This document shows positions 1-11,506 of a stretch of DNA of 33,142 nucleotides, one piece after another (within the stretch, counting starts at the first letter, position 1; each line of letters begins with the position of its first letter). A program made the translations under genes and the position numbers. The notes beneath the pieces are model-generated. The model searched no databases and was not told the DNA's origin. It saw nothing but the letters and a program-made list of their open reading frames with translations. Origin of the DNA: Chiloscyllium plagiosum (Eukaryota); assembly GCF_004010195.1 (NCBI RefSeq), contig NC_057718.1, positions 99,621,822 through 99,654,963 of the forward strand. Direction: 5' to 3'.

Positions 1-1205
1 ACATGAGAGACTGTTAGCTAAGGTGGAAACATGTGGAACTGAGGGCAAATTGCCAACATGGAGAGAGAATTGGTTGTGTAGCAGAAAACAGAGAGTTGGA
101 ATAATGGGTAAGTACTCAAATTGGCAGGACATGACGAGCAGTGTCCCACAGGGATCTGTGCTGGGACCTCAACTGTTTACAATATTCATTAACAACTTGG
201 ATAATGGCATAAAAAGTCAAATATCCAAATTTGCGAATGACACAAAATTGGGCAGCATTGCAGACAGTGTTGACAACACCATAAAATTACAACAGGATAT
301 TGATAGATTAGGTGAATGGACAAAGCTGTAACAGGTGCGTTTTAATTTAACAAGGAGAGGGGTTTGGTTGCTTATTTTTATACAAGTGGACAGAGCAGTC
401 AATAAAGCAAATAGTACCTTCAGCCTTACCAATGAGCTCCAGGGGAAGTGGTGGAGGTTGGTACAATTACAGTAGTTAAAGGGCATCTGGATGGCAATAT
501 GAAGAGTAAGGGTTTAGAGGGATGTGGGCTAAGTGCTAGCAAATGGGACTAGATTGGGTTGGGATATCTGGGCGGCATGGTCGAGTTGGACAGAAGGGTC
601 TGTTTCCGTGCTGTATATCTCTAAGAGTCTATGATAATAGGGACACAGAGTACATGAGCAAGGAGGTGATGCTGAAATAACACAAGGCACTTGGTGGGCT
701 TCAGTTGGAGTCCTATTGGAGTTGTGGGTGACATACTTTAGGAAAGATGTGAGTGCGTTGGAGAGTGTGCAGGAGAGATTTATCAGATTGGTTCCAGAAA
801 TGCATTATGCAGGTAGGTCGGCAGAAGGGGGTGAGGGACAGTGGTGTGGGAGTTAAGGATGGATGGGAATGTGCTCCATGGAAAAAAGACCAAGAGACGA
901 TCTGATAGAAAACAATAATATTGGGAAGAAATTAAGACTTAAAGTGATTTGCAAACGCAAGTAGAAACATTTTCAGCCAGCGAGTAGATCAGGTCTGGAA
1001 TACACTGCCTGGAAATATAGTGAAGGCAGGTTCCTTTGACGTGTTCAAGAGGGGTATTGGATGATGATTTAAATGGAAACACTGCGCAAGGGGATGGGGA
1101 AAAGACAGGAGAATGGGACTGAGTCACAATGTTCACTTGGATAACCAATGCAGACTCGATGGACCGAACAGACTCATTCTGCACCTTAACACCTCCATGA
1201 TTCCA
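1..1205 (+). mobile_element. Old CR1-clade LINE fragment (RT domain to 3' end), internally deleted and interrupted by a younger CR1 tail
   Basis: ORF 23..331 contains WLCSRKQRV, SSVPQGSVLGPQLFTIFINNLD and ISKFANDTKL (decayed FADD). CR1 C-terminal remnants resume at 636 (aatagggacacagagtacatgagcaaggagg) and run to a decayed 3' UTR near 1150-1200. Confidence 0.9.
431..635 (+). mobile_element. Younger CR1/HER1 3' fragment nested in the older CR1
   Basis: gagctccaggggaagtggtggaggttggtacaattac...gggtctgtttccgtgctgtatatctctaagagtctatga closely matches the CR1 3' end at 29220-29665. The host LINE is colinear across it. Confidence 0.8.
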
Positions 1206-1252
1206 CATTTGATTTCCTGAAAAGTGCATTGACAACTTTTACTATATCAAAA

Positions 1253-1551
1253 GGGGCAGCGTGCTGGCTCAGTGGTTAGCACTGCTGCCTCACAGCACCA
1301 GGAACCGGGGTTCAATTACAGCCCCGGACGACTGGCTGTGTGGAGTTTGCACATTCTCCCTGCGTCTGCGTGGGTTTCCTCCAGGTGCTCCGGTTTCCTC
1401 CCATAATCCAGAGCTGTGCGGGTTAGGTGGATCGGCCATGGGAAATGCAGGGACAGAGTAGGGAAGTGGGGCTGGATGGGATACTATTTGGAGGGGTGGT
1501 GTGGACTTGATGGGTCAAAAGGCCTCCTTCCACACAGTAGGGATTTTATGA
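1253..1551 (+). mobile_element. HE1-type V-SINE
   Basis: A box tggctcagtggttagc, B box ggttcaatt, V-domain tgtggagtttgcacattctccctgcgtctgcgtgggtttcctcc, and a CR1-like tail. Confidence 0.9.
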
Positions 1552-1599
1552 AAAGTGTGATTAAAAATGCTTATCGCTGTTATATATCTGGTTATGACC

Positions 1600-1776
1600 A
1601 ATGCTGTGGGTTCAATTCTTGCACTCACTGAAGTTACCATGAAGAACCTTCCTTCTCAACCTCTCCCCTCATCTGAGACGTGGTCACCCTCAGGTTAAAC
1701 CACCTCTATCTCTCTCTCTCTCTCAAATGAGGGAGCGGCCGAATGGACCTCTGGGATTATGCTGACTTTAACCTTT
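1600..1776 (+). mobile_element. tRNA-headed SINE, family C (unnamed), 5'-truncated
   Basis: B box gggttcaattc followed by gttaccatgaag...ggtcaccctcaggttaaacc...ctgggattatg. A reverse-oriented homologue lies at 17850-18030. Confidence 0.65.
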
Positions 1777-2307
1777 AAGTTCTGATCATGTGAGTGGGAT
1801 TCAGTGATATAGATCCAGGAGTTGTGCAACCAGTGATAGCAGCATAATGTGACTATGGGAGGCATAATTGCCTCTTAACTGACTTGCACACTGTAAAACC
1901 TGTGGTCTAACGCACTATGACCACAGCTTTTCAAGTTCCACCTCAAGATTACTTAGCCCTGAGATAACCATCTGCTACTCTGGATGAAATTGTTATCTGA
2001 ACCTTCGTATCATAAAAGCTTTTCCCTGAAGTGGTTCTAAGATTAGGAGAAATGCTGAAGATAAAGCAGGCCCTTGGAGTGGTGGTTCAAGGGACATTTT
2101 TATTGTCAATGTCAAAGAGCCAACACCTTACCCAATTAGTGTCAGGTTGGATGAACTTTGCCTACAGCTGTCTGTGGTCACAGTCCACTGTCTGTGTGCA
2201 AGTCATTAGCGGATCACTCCAAATCTAATTTCACTGTCAATTTCCAACCATTCTTTCACAAATATTACATATAAGAATCGCTTTGTTGGCTCCAAGTTAT
2301 AGATAGG

Positions 2308-2358
2308 CCTCTCTCTCTCTCTCTCACTCACTCTGTCTTTCTCTCTCTCTCTCTCTCT
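2308..2358. repeat. Imperfect (CT)n microsatellite
   Basis: Direct reading of ctctctct tracts. Confidence 0.9.
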
Positions 2359-2461
2359 ATACAACTGGACCACATTCCTAACTCAGTGCATCTTGCTATG
2401 ATCTCTTCCTATTGCTTCCCATTTAACACAAGCTAATCCTTAACTACATCATTTCAGGGAC

Positions 2462-2965
2462 ATCGAGTCAGAGCGTCATAGAGCTCTACAGCGTAGACAC
2501 AGGCCCTTCGGCCCAACTTGTCCATGCAACCCACAATTGAACAAGTCCCATTTGCCTGTGTTTGATCCACATCCATCCATCCCTATCCCATCCATGTACC
2601 TGTCCAAATGTTTCTTAAGTCACAGAAATGTACTCCGCCTCCACCACTACCTCTGACAGCCTGTTCCAGACACAGCCACCCTGTGTGTGAAAACATTGCC
2701 CCTCTGGACCCTTTTGTATCTCTCCCTTCTCACCATAAACCTATGGCCCTCCAGTTTTAGACTCCCCTGTCATGGGGAAAAGCTGTCCGCTCTCTACCTT
2801 ATCAATGTCCCTCATATGATTCTATGGAGCTCTATAAAGCCTCCTCCGCTCCAGGGTAAAATGTCCCAAGCCTATCCAACCTCGTCTTATAACTCAAACC
2901 TCCCAGTCCAGGTAGCATCCCAGCAAATCTTTTCTGCGCTCTTTCTCATTTAATAATATCCTTTG
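2462..2965 (-). mobile_element. CR1/HER1 LINE 3' fragment
   Basis: Tail gagtcagagcgtcatagag...ggcccttcggcccaac, with a body homologous to 6116-6723 and 19355-19972. Confidence 0.85.
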
Positions 2966-3273
2966 GATGCAGCAGGGATTAGGAGGATCATTTTCCAGAA
3001 GAAGTCGGATAGAGTTCTTGGGGTTAAAGGATATGGAGAGGGAGTGGGTGCTGAGTTGGATGATCAGATCGAATGGCAGGGCAGGCTTAAAGGACTGAAT
3101 GGCCTACTGCTGCTTCTGTAGTCCACGCGAATGATTGTTCTGCTGGAATGGTAAGTCATTGGCCTGAGTGAAGAGCTGAAGAGCTGAATTCCCTTGCCGC
3201 CTGGGTGTTTGGGATTCAGTTCCTGGAATATAATATGCAGTGATGATCGTGAAAGTACAGGATGGATTTTTTT

Positions 3274-3587
3274 ACAGTATGCAAACAAGCCATTTGGCCC
3301 AACAAGTCCACACCGACCTTTTGAAGAGTAATCCTTCCAGACCCATTCCCCTACCCTATATTTACCCCTGACTAATGCACCTAACACTATGGGCAATTTA
3401 GCATGGCCAATTCACCCTAACCTGCACATCTTTGGACTGTGGGAGGAAACCGGAGCACCCAGAGGAAACCCACGCAGACACGGGGGAGAATGTGCAAACT
3501 CCACACAGACAGTCGCTCGCAGGTGGACTCGAACCCAGGTCCCTGGTGCTGTGAGGCAGCAGTGCTAACCACTGAGCCACCCTGCCA
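3274..3587 (-). mobile_element. HE1-type V-SINE, full length
   Basis: Reverse complement of the A/B boxes, V-domain and CR1-derived tail. Confidence 0.95.
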
Positions 3588-3633
3588 CTTCAAAACCCAC
3601 TTTAAAGACAGAAATCTGCCCGATTGTATCCCT

Positions 3634-3770
3634 GTTCTGAAGAAGGGTCACTGGCCCCGGATCATTAACTCTGCTTTCTCTCCACGGATGCTGCCAGACC
3701 TGCTGAGTCTCTCCAGCAATTTCTGATTTTGTTTCTGATTTCCAGCATCCACAATTCTTTGGTTGTTTTG
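3634..3770 (+). mobile_element. PLE-derived short repeat, family 2, with decayed hammerhead
   Basis: ttCTGAAGAagggtcactggcccc(ggatc)attaactctg...ggatgctgccagacctgctgag...ccagcatcc. The GAAAC core is mutated. Confidence 0.7.
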
Positions 3771-4690
3771 ATCACCACCATGTCATTCTGGCTTTTAGGT
3801 AACTGCTGACACACAGCGATGTGGTTGACTCTTAACTGCTGTCCAATGTGGCCTGGTTACACTCCATTGTCACATTCCTAAGGAAAGCTGGGCATGGACT
3901 ATGAACGTTGGCAGTGACTTTATATTTGGTGAATGAAGAATGCATGAGGAGACAGGTGGAGCAGGCTTACAAAGGAAAGTATGGAAAATAGGTTGGAGTC
4001 AGGAAGATGCCTATGGTTATGATGTGAAAACCTGTCTGAGTGCCAGGATAAAGGGGAGAGAGAGAACAGTGGAAGCATAACGCTGGAAACTCAACAGCAG
4101 AGTTTAGGGTAACCGCCAGTTTGTGGAGGATAGTTTGAGAGAGATTGGTCAAAAGTTCATTGAGTCTGGGAGTAACAAAAAATGATTGATGCTCAGGAAA
4201 GTGAAGGTGACCAGTGAGATGACGAGGTGGGAAAATGGGCGTATGCTAATCTCATACACCCTCCCCCCCTCAGTCGGCCTTCAGGACGTGTGCAACAAAG
4301 ACCAGACAAGGCAAGGTGACCAAGGCTGTCAGAAACTCTGGCCAGAATTCCAATAATCTGTACCCAAACCTGCATCAGTTTTTCACAAAGACGTTTCCAC
4401 AGAGGGCTGACATGTTTAATATGTGGGAATGCTACCCTTGGATGCGACAAGTTAATGGGTGCATGATCTGATAATTATCAACACATTCAGAGATTCATCA
4501 AGAAGGTAGACGCATTATAAACTAATTGATTAGACTCATGTTGTGATTTCCTATGCTCCTAATGTGCTTTAGAATCATAGAGTCATAAAGTCATAGAGAT
4601 GTACAGCATGGAAGCTTAGCCTTCACACAGCCACCTCTCCCTGTCCTTCAAACTGCACCCAACCTCTGTGTGGCAGGGTCCGCAGATCAT

Positions 4691-4821
4691 TCCTGATGAA
4701 GGGCTTATGCCCGAACCATTGATTCTCCTGCTCCTCGGATGTTGCCTGACCTGCTGTGCTTTTCCAGCACCGCACTCCCGACTCTGATCTCCAGCATCTG
4801 CAGTCCTCACTTTCCCCCTCT
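4691..4821 (+). mobile_element. PLE-derived short repeat, family 1, with decayed hammerhead
   Basis: CTGATGAaGGGCttatGCCCgaaccatt... through to ctccagcatctgcagtcctcactttccc. A perfect 9-bp TSD gcagatcat sits at 4682-4690 and 4822-4830. Confidence 0.85.
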
Positions 4822-5489
4822 GCAGATCATACACGGGGGTCTTCAGCCCAGCACAAAGCCCATCAAAACAGCCTGGAAGAGAGAAGGGGTGCGGGCCCTC
4901 AAACCTGAGCAACATACTCAAGGGGAAGGGAGCGACAGTGAGAGGGGAGAGACGGGGGTGGGAGTGATGTAGAATGGGCAACGATTGGCACACCACCCTC
5001 AGATGTGTGCTCGAAAGATTGTGCTGCGATATCGCAGAGGCCAGGAGGCACGGCCATCTCGCAAATTGAACGGACAAAGCTGTTGATAATCAGCAGGAAG
5101 GATTAGCATTATCGCTGACTGCCTGACCCCTAGCAGTGATGTAACTGCATCTAAATACATCCAGCTCCGTCAGGAATGACCTCAGGCACTGGAGCAGCAG
5201 AGGTCATGGGTTAGGATGGAGGGACCTCTGAGGCATTAAGCCATTCTCATGCGTAATCAGGCTGACAGTTTAGTCTGAGCAGGGACCAATGTTTATTTTT
5301 GCTTTGTTTTGTGATGAGCCGACACAAAGTAATTCCTACTGCAGCCGGGAGAAGTGTTCCCCCGATCACTGTGTGAGACCGGACATGGATAAGCCAGGGG
5401 CTACATATTCAATACAGTCTTCCTGTCACTGCCCTCACACCTCACTCCCATCCACTGCGGTCAACAGAGGAGTTTTGACCTTGAAAGTC

Positions 5490-7012
5490 ATAAGGCAAAT
5501 GGAACGTTGGCCTTTATTTCACAGGGAATGGATTATAAAAGTAGGAAGGTTTTGTTAAAGCTATTCAAGGGACTAGTCAGATTACAGAATGAGAAGTCAT
5601 AGTCTTAGGATAAGGGTGAGCAAATTTAAAACAGAATTGAGGAGAAACTACCTCTCCCTAAAGGGTTTGTGGGATTCCTTACCCCTACGTGTGGTGGATG
5701 CTGGGACAGTGGTTAAATTCAAGGAGGAGTTCGAGAAATTTTTAATTGGTTGAAGGGTCAAGAGGAGAAGGCAGGAAAATGGGAGTGAGGAACAAATCAG
5801 CCATGATCGAATGGCGGAGCAAACTCGATGGGCCGAATGGCCCAATTCTGCTCCTGTATATCTTATGAGCGATACAGCTGGAATATTGCGAATAGTTTTC
5901 GGCCCCTTATCTGAGGAAAGATATCCTGACATTGGAGACTGTCCAGAGAAACTATGCTGATCCTGGGTATGGAGGGAACTGTCCTATGAGGAGAGGTTCA
6001 GCATGTTGGACTTCCCCTCATTGGGGTTCAGAAGAATGAAAGGAGACCTTTTATTGAAACTGACACGATTGTTCAGAGTTTGACAGGGTAAAGCACAAAG
6101 GTGGTTTCCCCTTGTGTCATACAGTCATAGAGTCATAGAGATACACAGCACAGGAACAGTCCAACTCGTCCATGCCAACCAGATATCCTAACCTAACCTA
6201 GTCCCATTTGCCAGCACTTGGTCCCTTTAAACCCTTTTTATTCATATACCCATCCAGATGCCTTTTAAATGATGTAATTGTACCAGCCTCCACCACTTCC
6301 TCTGGCAGCTCATTCCATACACGTACCACCCTCTGTGTGGAAAAAGTTGCCCCTTAGGTCCCTTTTAAATCTTTCCCCTCTCACCTTAAACTCTACTTTT
6401 GAATTCCCCCATCCCAGGAAAGAACTAGCTATTTACTCTATCCATGCCCCTCATGATTTTATAACCCTCTATAACGTCACCCCTCAGCCTCCGATGCTCC
6501 AGGGAAAACAGCCCCAACCTGTTCAGCCTCTCCCTGTAGCTCAAATCCTCCAACCCTGGCAACATCCTTGTGAATCTTTTCTGAACCCTTTCAAGTTTCA
6601 CAACATCCTTCCTGTGGTAGGGAGACCAGAATTGAACGCAGTGTTTCAAAAGTACCCGAACCAATGTCCTGTACAGCCGCAACATGACCTCCCAACTCCT
6701 GTACTCAATGCACTGACCAATAAAATGGAGGACTACAGGATGTTAGAATAAGGGCCCCACCTTAAAGACAGATGAGGCAGAATTCCTTCTCAGAGAAAGT
6801 AGTTATTTTTTTTTTAAATCTTGACTGCAGAAAGCTGTTGAGGCTGAGTCATTAAGCATACTTAAGGCTGGGATAGACAGATTTTTAATCAATAAGGGAA
6901 ATCAAGGGTTTTGGGGAAAAGGCAGGAAAGTGGAATTGGGGCTTATCAGAACAGCCTTGGTCTAACTGAGTAGATTCAATGGGCTGAATAGCCTTGTTAT
7001 GCTCCTATGTCG
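5490..7012 (+). mobile_element. Old CR1 fragment split by two younger CR1 insertions (~5590-5868 + and 6116-6723 -)
   Basis: KANGTLAFISQGMDYKSRKVLLKL (5492-) continues at ~5875 as QLEYCE..FRPLI. The element resumes after 6723 and ends in a CR1 3' UTR at ~7010. Confidence 0.75.
6116..6723 (-). mobile_element. CR1/HER1 LINE 3' fragment
   Basis: ORF 6425..6685 MLRLYRTLVRVLLKHCVQFWSPYHRKDVVKLERVQKRFTRMLPGLEDLSYRERL is the classic CR1 ORF2 C-terminus, followed by a (tctatgac)n tail. Confidence 0.95.
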
Positions 7013-7675
7013 TAAAGAGGGAAAGGTTTCAGAGTCACATTGCAAAGGAGGAAAAACAGAAAAGTAACATAACTTGGTCACGAGATATAATCATTCCCTC
7101 CTTTCAAGCTGTTCCAATCTGCTTTTCCCACACGGTCAGCTGTTAGTTCCATCAGTTTATTTGAATTGAAAGTTCCAAGCGGAGTGAAACTTTGCTAGCC
7201 ATGGAATCAGGTCATCTGTCCCATGACCCTGGGACAAAGAATGGCTGGATAGAAGGTTTCCATAACCGTATCTCCAAGAAACATTGCAAAGTGCCTCTCA
7301 CAAGATTGGTACGCTTTCTTAACTCTTGGGAAAAATTTGCAGTGTTTCCAAAAGCCACAAATACAAGGAATGGATATCGATCGAGGCTGGGATGTGAATT
7401 TATCTCCTTGCCCTTCATTGACAGGATAGCTGAGGATTGGCCATGTTGAGGAGGTCTGAGCTGCCCTTGATAATGGGTCTCTGATTTCATTACAATGGTG
7501 CTGTAAATGGCCCACGGGCAGAGTATGTGAGTAATCCTTCTCCTGAACGCAAGGTAGCATATCAGCCATGGCCTTCCCAGATATGATGATGGGTCTGGTG
7601 GCATTATCACTCGAGTAGTAATCTGGGGATCTGGGTACAAAAGCTACCCTGCTGTGAATTCAAGAACAAGTGAAC

Positions 7676-8423
7676 AACTTATGAAGAAAGGTTGACAGAG
7701 CTAGGGCTTTTCTCGTTGGAGTGAAGAAGGATGAGAGGTGACTTGATGGAGGTATACAAGATGATGAGAACATAGACAGAGTAGATAACCAGAGACTTTT
7801 CCCAGGGTGGAAATGGCTATCAGGAAGGTGCATAATTTTAAGCTGATTGGACCAAGGTTTAGGGGAGATGTCAGAGGTCGATTCTTTACACAGAGAGTGG
7901 TGGGTGTGTGGAATGCACTGCCAGCTGTGGTACACCTCTGGGACACCCGGACCAACCAACCCAACCACCCTGTAGCTCAACATTTCAATTCCCCCTCCCA
8001 CTCCACCAAGGATATGCAGGTCTTTGGACTCCTCCATCGTCAGACCACAGCGAAACGACGGTTGGAGGAAGAACACCTCACCCTCCGCCTAGGAACCCTC
8101 CACCCACAAGGGATGAACTCGGATTTCACCAGTTTCCTCATTTCCCCTCACCCCACCCTGGATGCTGCCTGACCTGCTGCGCTTTTCCAGCAACATTTCC
8201 ATCTCTGATCTCCAGCATCTGCAGACCTCACTTTCTCCTGCCAGCAGTGGTAGTAGAGTCAGAGACATTAGGGACGTTTAAGTGACTCTTGGATAGGCAC
8301 ATGGACGATAGTAAAATGAAGGGTATGTAGGTTAGTCTGATCTTAGAGTAGGATAAAAGGCCGGCACAACATCGAGGGTCGAAGGGCCTGTACTGTGCTG
8401 TACTGTTCCATGTTCTATGTTTT
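7676..8423 (+). mobile_element. CR1/HER1 LINE 3' fragment interrupted by a PLE
   Basis: HNFKLIGPRFRGDVRGRFFTQRVVGVWNALPA[insert]VVVESETLGTFK, with tail gtactgttccatgttctatgtt. Confidence 0.9.
7933..8237 (+). mobile_element. Penelope-like element fragment: C-terminal GIY-YIG endonuclease remnant plus family-1 terminus
   Basis: HLWDTRTNQPNHPVAQHFNSPSHSTKDMQVFGLLH...RRLEEEHLTLRLGTLHPQGMN matches the PLE endonuclease C-terminal pattern (PVAxHF..H...E...L.GLN). A 15-bp TSD ctgccagc(t/a)gtggta sits at 7918-7932 and 8238-8252. Confidence 0.85.
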
Positions 8424-9569
8424 AAGTCTGGAATGAAGGGTTTAATGGTGACTGTGAAACTGCTGTTGATTGTTGAGGGAATCACCCTCTGGGGAAGGAA
8501 ATCTGCTCTCCCTGTTTAGCATAGTCCAGGCAGACTTTTGACTCTTAAGTTGCAAACAAAAAAAATCACATTGAATGATGGAGCCAGCTATATATCTGAC
8601 ACGTGCTCCCACTTCCTGTGAGACATGTACTGAAGGGAGGGTGGGGAGGCTAGGCAGAAAGGAAGTGTGGGGATTCGAGCTGGGTTCAGATAATTGGAAT
8701 GGAATTGTGGGTAGGGGCTGGTGGATGGAGATTGAAAAACATGGAAGTTTGGTTGCCAGAAGATGGGGATCTTAAGGCTGAACACGGGTGGTATGAATTT
8801 CCTTTCAGGTGTAGTCAGAAGGAGAATGCACCTGGCTCCACGTTCAGGTAAATCACTTCCCCTTTGGGGCTCAGTGTGTCTGGTTGCTCTGAGTGTGATG
8901 GTGTCAATGAATGAAACATGGAGGGTGATCATCTAATCACAGAGGCCTGAAGGATTACTTCAGGCCTGGGTAAAGAAATTTTGGCTTGTCCTTATCCCAG
9001 ATGAAGAGCCATTGGCATGTAGCCTTGAGGTGTGCACCTATTCTCTGGCTTCCATTTTGGAATCCTCATTCCGGCAGTGCTTGGAAAACCAAAATGATAT
9101 AAATCCTCACTCAATGCCCAAATCCCAGTTGGAGCATTAATATCTATTCCAACAACACCCCCCCAACAATGTTTCAATGAGACAGCTGTAAGTAGCTGAA
9201 AGGACTTGATTCCAGAATCTTCTAACTCGTGACGGTCTTAGCTACCTTCACAGCTTCAGTCATTGTATCATACAGAGGCCTTAAAGATATATCTTCACAG
9301 TAGACTTTCAAAGGTACTTAGTCAGTGTAAAATGAACAAGTTAATGCAGCGAGGCATATCATTGGGCAGCTTCAGTGTGAAAATAGAGCAGTGTGCAGGG
9401 ACGGGATTATTGGTCAGCCGTGATTCCATCAAATGTGTCATGTGAGCGGGTATTGGGACTGCAGCCTCATAGACGTGCCATTGGGTGAGCTCACCACCAG
9501 CATGAGGGTAACATGCTTCTCTCGCTTGTGAGGGAGGGGTTACACCCCCCCACCCCCCCACCCCCCCAC

Positions 9570-10022
9570 CCGATGATAGAGGAGTTTTCACCCCCATGAT
9601 AGAGGGATTCCCCCTGCTGTGATAGAGGGATTCCCCCTGCTGTGACAGAGGGGTTTCCCTCCCTCTGTGATAGAGGGGTTTCCCTCCCTCTGTGATAGAG
9701 GGTTTTCCCTCCCTCTGTGATAGAGGGGTTCCCCCTGCTGTGATAGAGGGGTTTCCCTCCCTCTGTGATAGAGGGATTCCCCCTGCTGTGATAGAGGGAT
9801 TTCCCTCCCTCTGTGATAGAGGGGTTTCCCTCCCCTGTGCTAGAGGGATTCCCCCTGCTGTGACAGAGGCGTTTACCTCCCTCTGACAGAGGGGCTTCCC
9901 CCCGTGATAGAGGGGTTTTCCCCGCTCTGTGACAGAGGCGTTTACCGCCCTCTGACAGAGGGGCTTCCCCCCGTGATAGAGGGGTTTTCCCCGCTCTGTG
10001 ATAGAGGGGTTCCCTCTCCTGT
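9570..10022. repeat. Minisatellite of 21-25-bp units (tgtgatagaggggtttccctccctc / tgtgatagagggattccccctgc)
   Basis: About 18 tandem variants. A 69-bp trimer is duplicated at 9858-9995. Confidence 0.95.
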
Positions 10023-10074
10023 GGTGGAAAGTGTTCCAAGATTATAATAGTGGAGTATTTCATCAGAGAGAATA

Positions 10075-10222
10075 CAATGCCTACAGTGTGGAAACAAACC
10101 CTTTGGCCCAACAAGTCCACATCAACCCTCCGAAGAGCATCCCACCCAGACCCATTCCCCTACATTTACCCCGATTCATGCACCTAACCTATACATGCCC
10201 ATTGGGCATTAAGGGCAATTTA
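10075..10222 (-). mobile_element. HE1 SINE 3' fragment
   Basis: cctacagtgtggaaaca...ggcccaacaagtccac...gggcaatttag matches the HE1 tail. Confidence 0.8.
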
Positions 10223-11506
10223 GAACGAACATGTAAACGAGACTTCTATTCGAAGTTGATGTACAGGGATCCTTGCCTGGAGACAAGCAGTTGAGAAGGG
10301 CAAGCACTAAGGTGAGGGGGAAAATGAAATCAGCAGATGTGGGCAAGAGAGGGTGCTGGAAAGGAAGAGCTATCTGATGGCCTTGCGTTGTCACATGTGT
10401 CACCCGATGCAGCCTCTGCAGAGAGAGGGTTCTCACTGGAAGGTGACAGACAAGCCCAAACTCAGTCCACTGTCTGCCCAGATAGGGGGATGCCATCACC
10501 TCTGTCAACACAGATGGTGCCTACATTTCCCTGTCAGCCAACTGTGCCCATCCTCTGAAATGAAACAGTCCTGTCAGATGTGTTTGAGAGATATGAGAAG
10601 GAAAGATATCAATGCAAAGCTTTGTCGTTCAGCTTTACCGGTCATTTGGCTTGAACTATGATGTTGTAATTTCTCAATATTATCCAAGGGATGATAACAA
10701 ACTATTAGAAAGTATGTTTGTCACAACAAAGTGTATAATTGATGGTTAGGTAACTCAAGCAGTCAATATAATCCATGCACATTGTCCCTTTGTAGTCTGA
10801 AACAAGATCATTTCAAAGTGGTGTTTTTGATGTCATTTAAATCATTGCCACTTTCACTTTGATTAATGAACTAACTGCAAGTTTGATGGGCTTACCTTTA
10901 TCTATATGAAGAACCCCCTTCATTTCTCATTCTTAATGATGGCTTAAATTATATTGTTCAAAGAGTCTTGAGCCTCTCTGTTCAGCCTGAGGTTGAAATT
11001 AGGAACTGTCAATTATCCCTTTGAGGTTTAATGTTGAGATCTTCCCCCGCAAGTTCCCTCGGTGCAGCCTCTGTTCCCTCGGTGATTAGAATAAACATGG
11101 TGCTCCATCAAACTCTTGTGTAGAGTTCTCTCGTTTGCCTCAGGTAATATTTTCATGAGGCCAATTTCAATCAGTTAGTCAGGTCTAACTTGAACTCATG
11201 TAAGTCACATCCGAGATATGGTGGTCCAGGGGTATTCTCAATCAATTCGTAACCCAGAACCTTGGGTTAACGCTGTAGGGTTATGAGTTCTAATCCTGCA
11301 TGAGGTGGGTGGTGAAAATTGAATTCAATATTCACAAAACAGAAGCTTAAGGGTAATAACCTCTGACCGAGCCAGTGATGTCCACACCAGATGAGTGAAT
11401 GGCGATAACTGGTGTTGTTTGTGGTAAAAGCCTATTAGGGTCAGTAATGTCCTTTAGGGAGGGAAATCTGTCATCCTTACCCAGTCTGGACTATATGTCT
11501 GTCCAG

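Larger units (their letters stand above)
7596..8550 (+). mobile_element. SINE family B, interrupted by CR1
   Basis: The head at 7596-7670 and body at 8424-8550 are colinear with the intact copy at 16075-16428. Confidence 0.6.

Noticed and set aside
5024..5037. Perfect 14-bp palindrome ctgcgatatcgcag
   Set aside because: About two are expected by chance in 33 kb (33142/4^7), and there is no supporting context.
7807..8172. Apparent CR1-GIY-YIG fusion protein
   Set aside because: A chance in-frame nested insertion, shown by the TSD; both parts are small fragments.
9570..10022. CRISPR-like array of palindromic ~24-bp repeats
   Set aside because: Units are directly tandem with no unique spacers, there are no cas genes, and the context is vertebrate.
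9491..10120. 209-aa ORF, the longest in the window
   Set aside because: It is a translation of the minisatellite plus a SINE edge.
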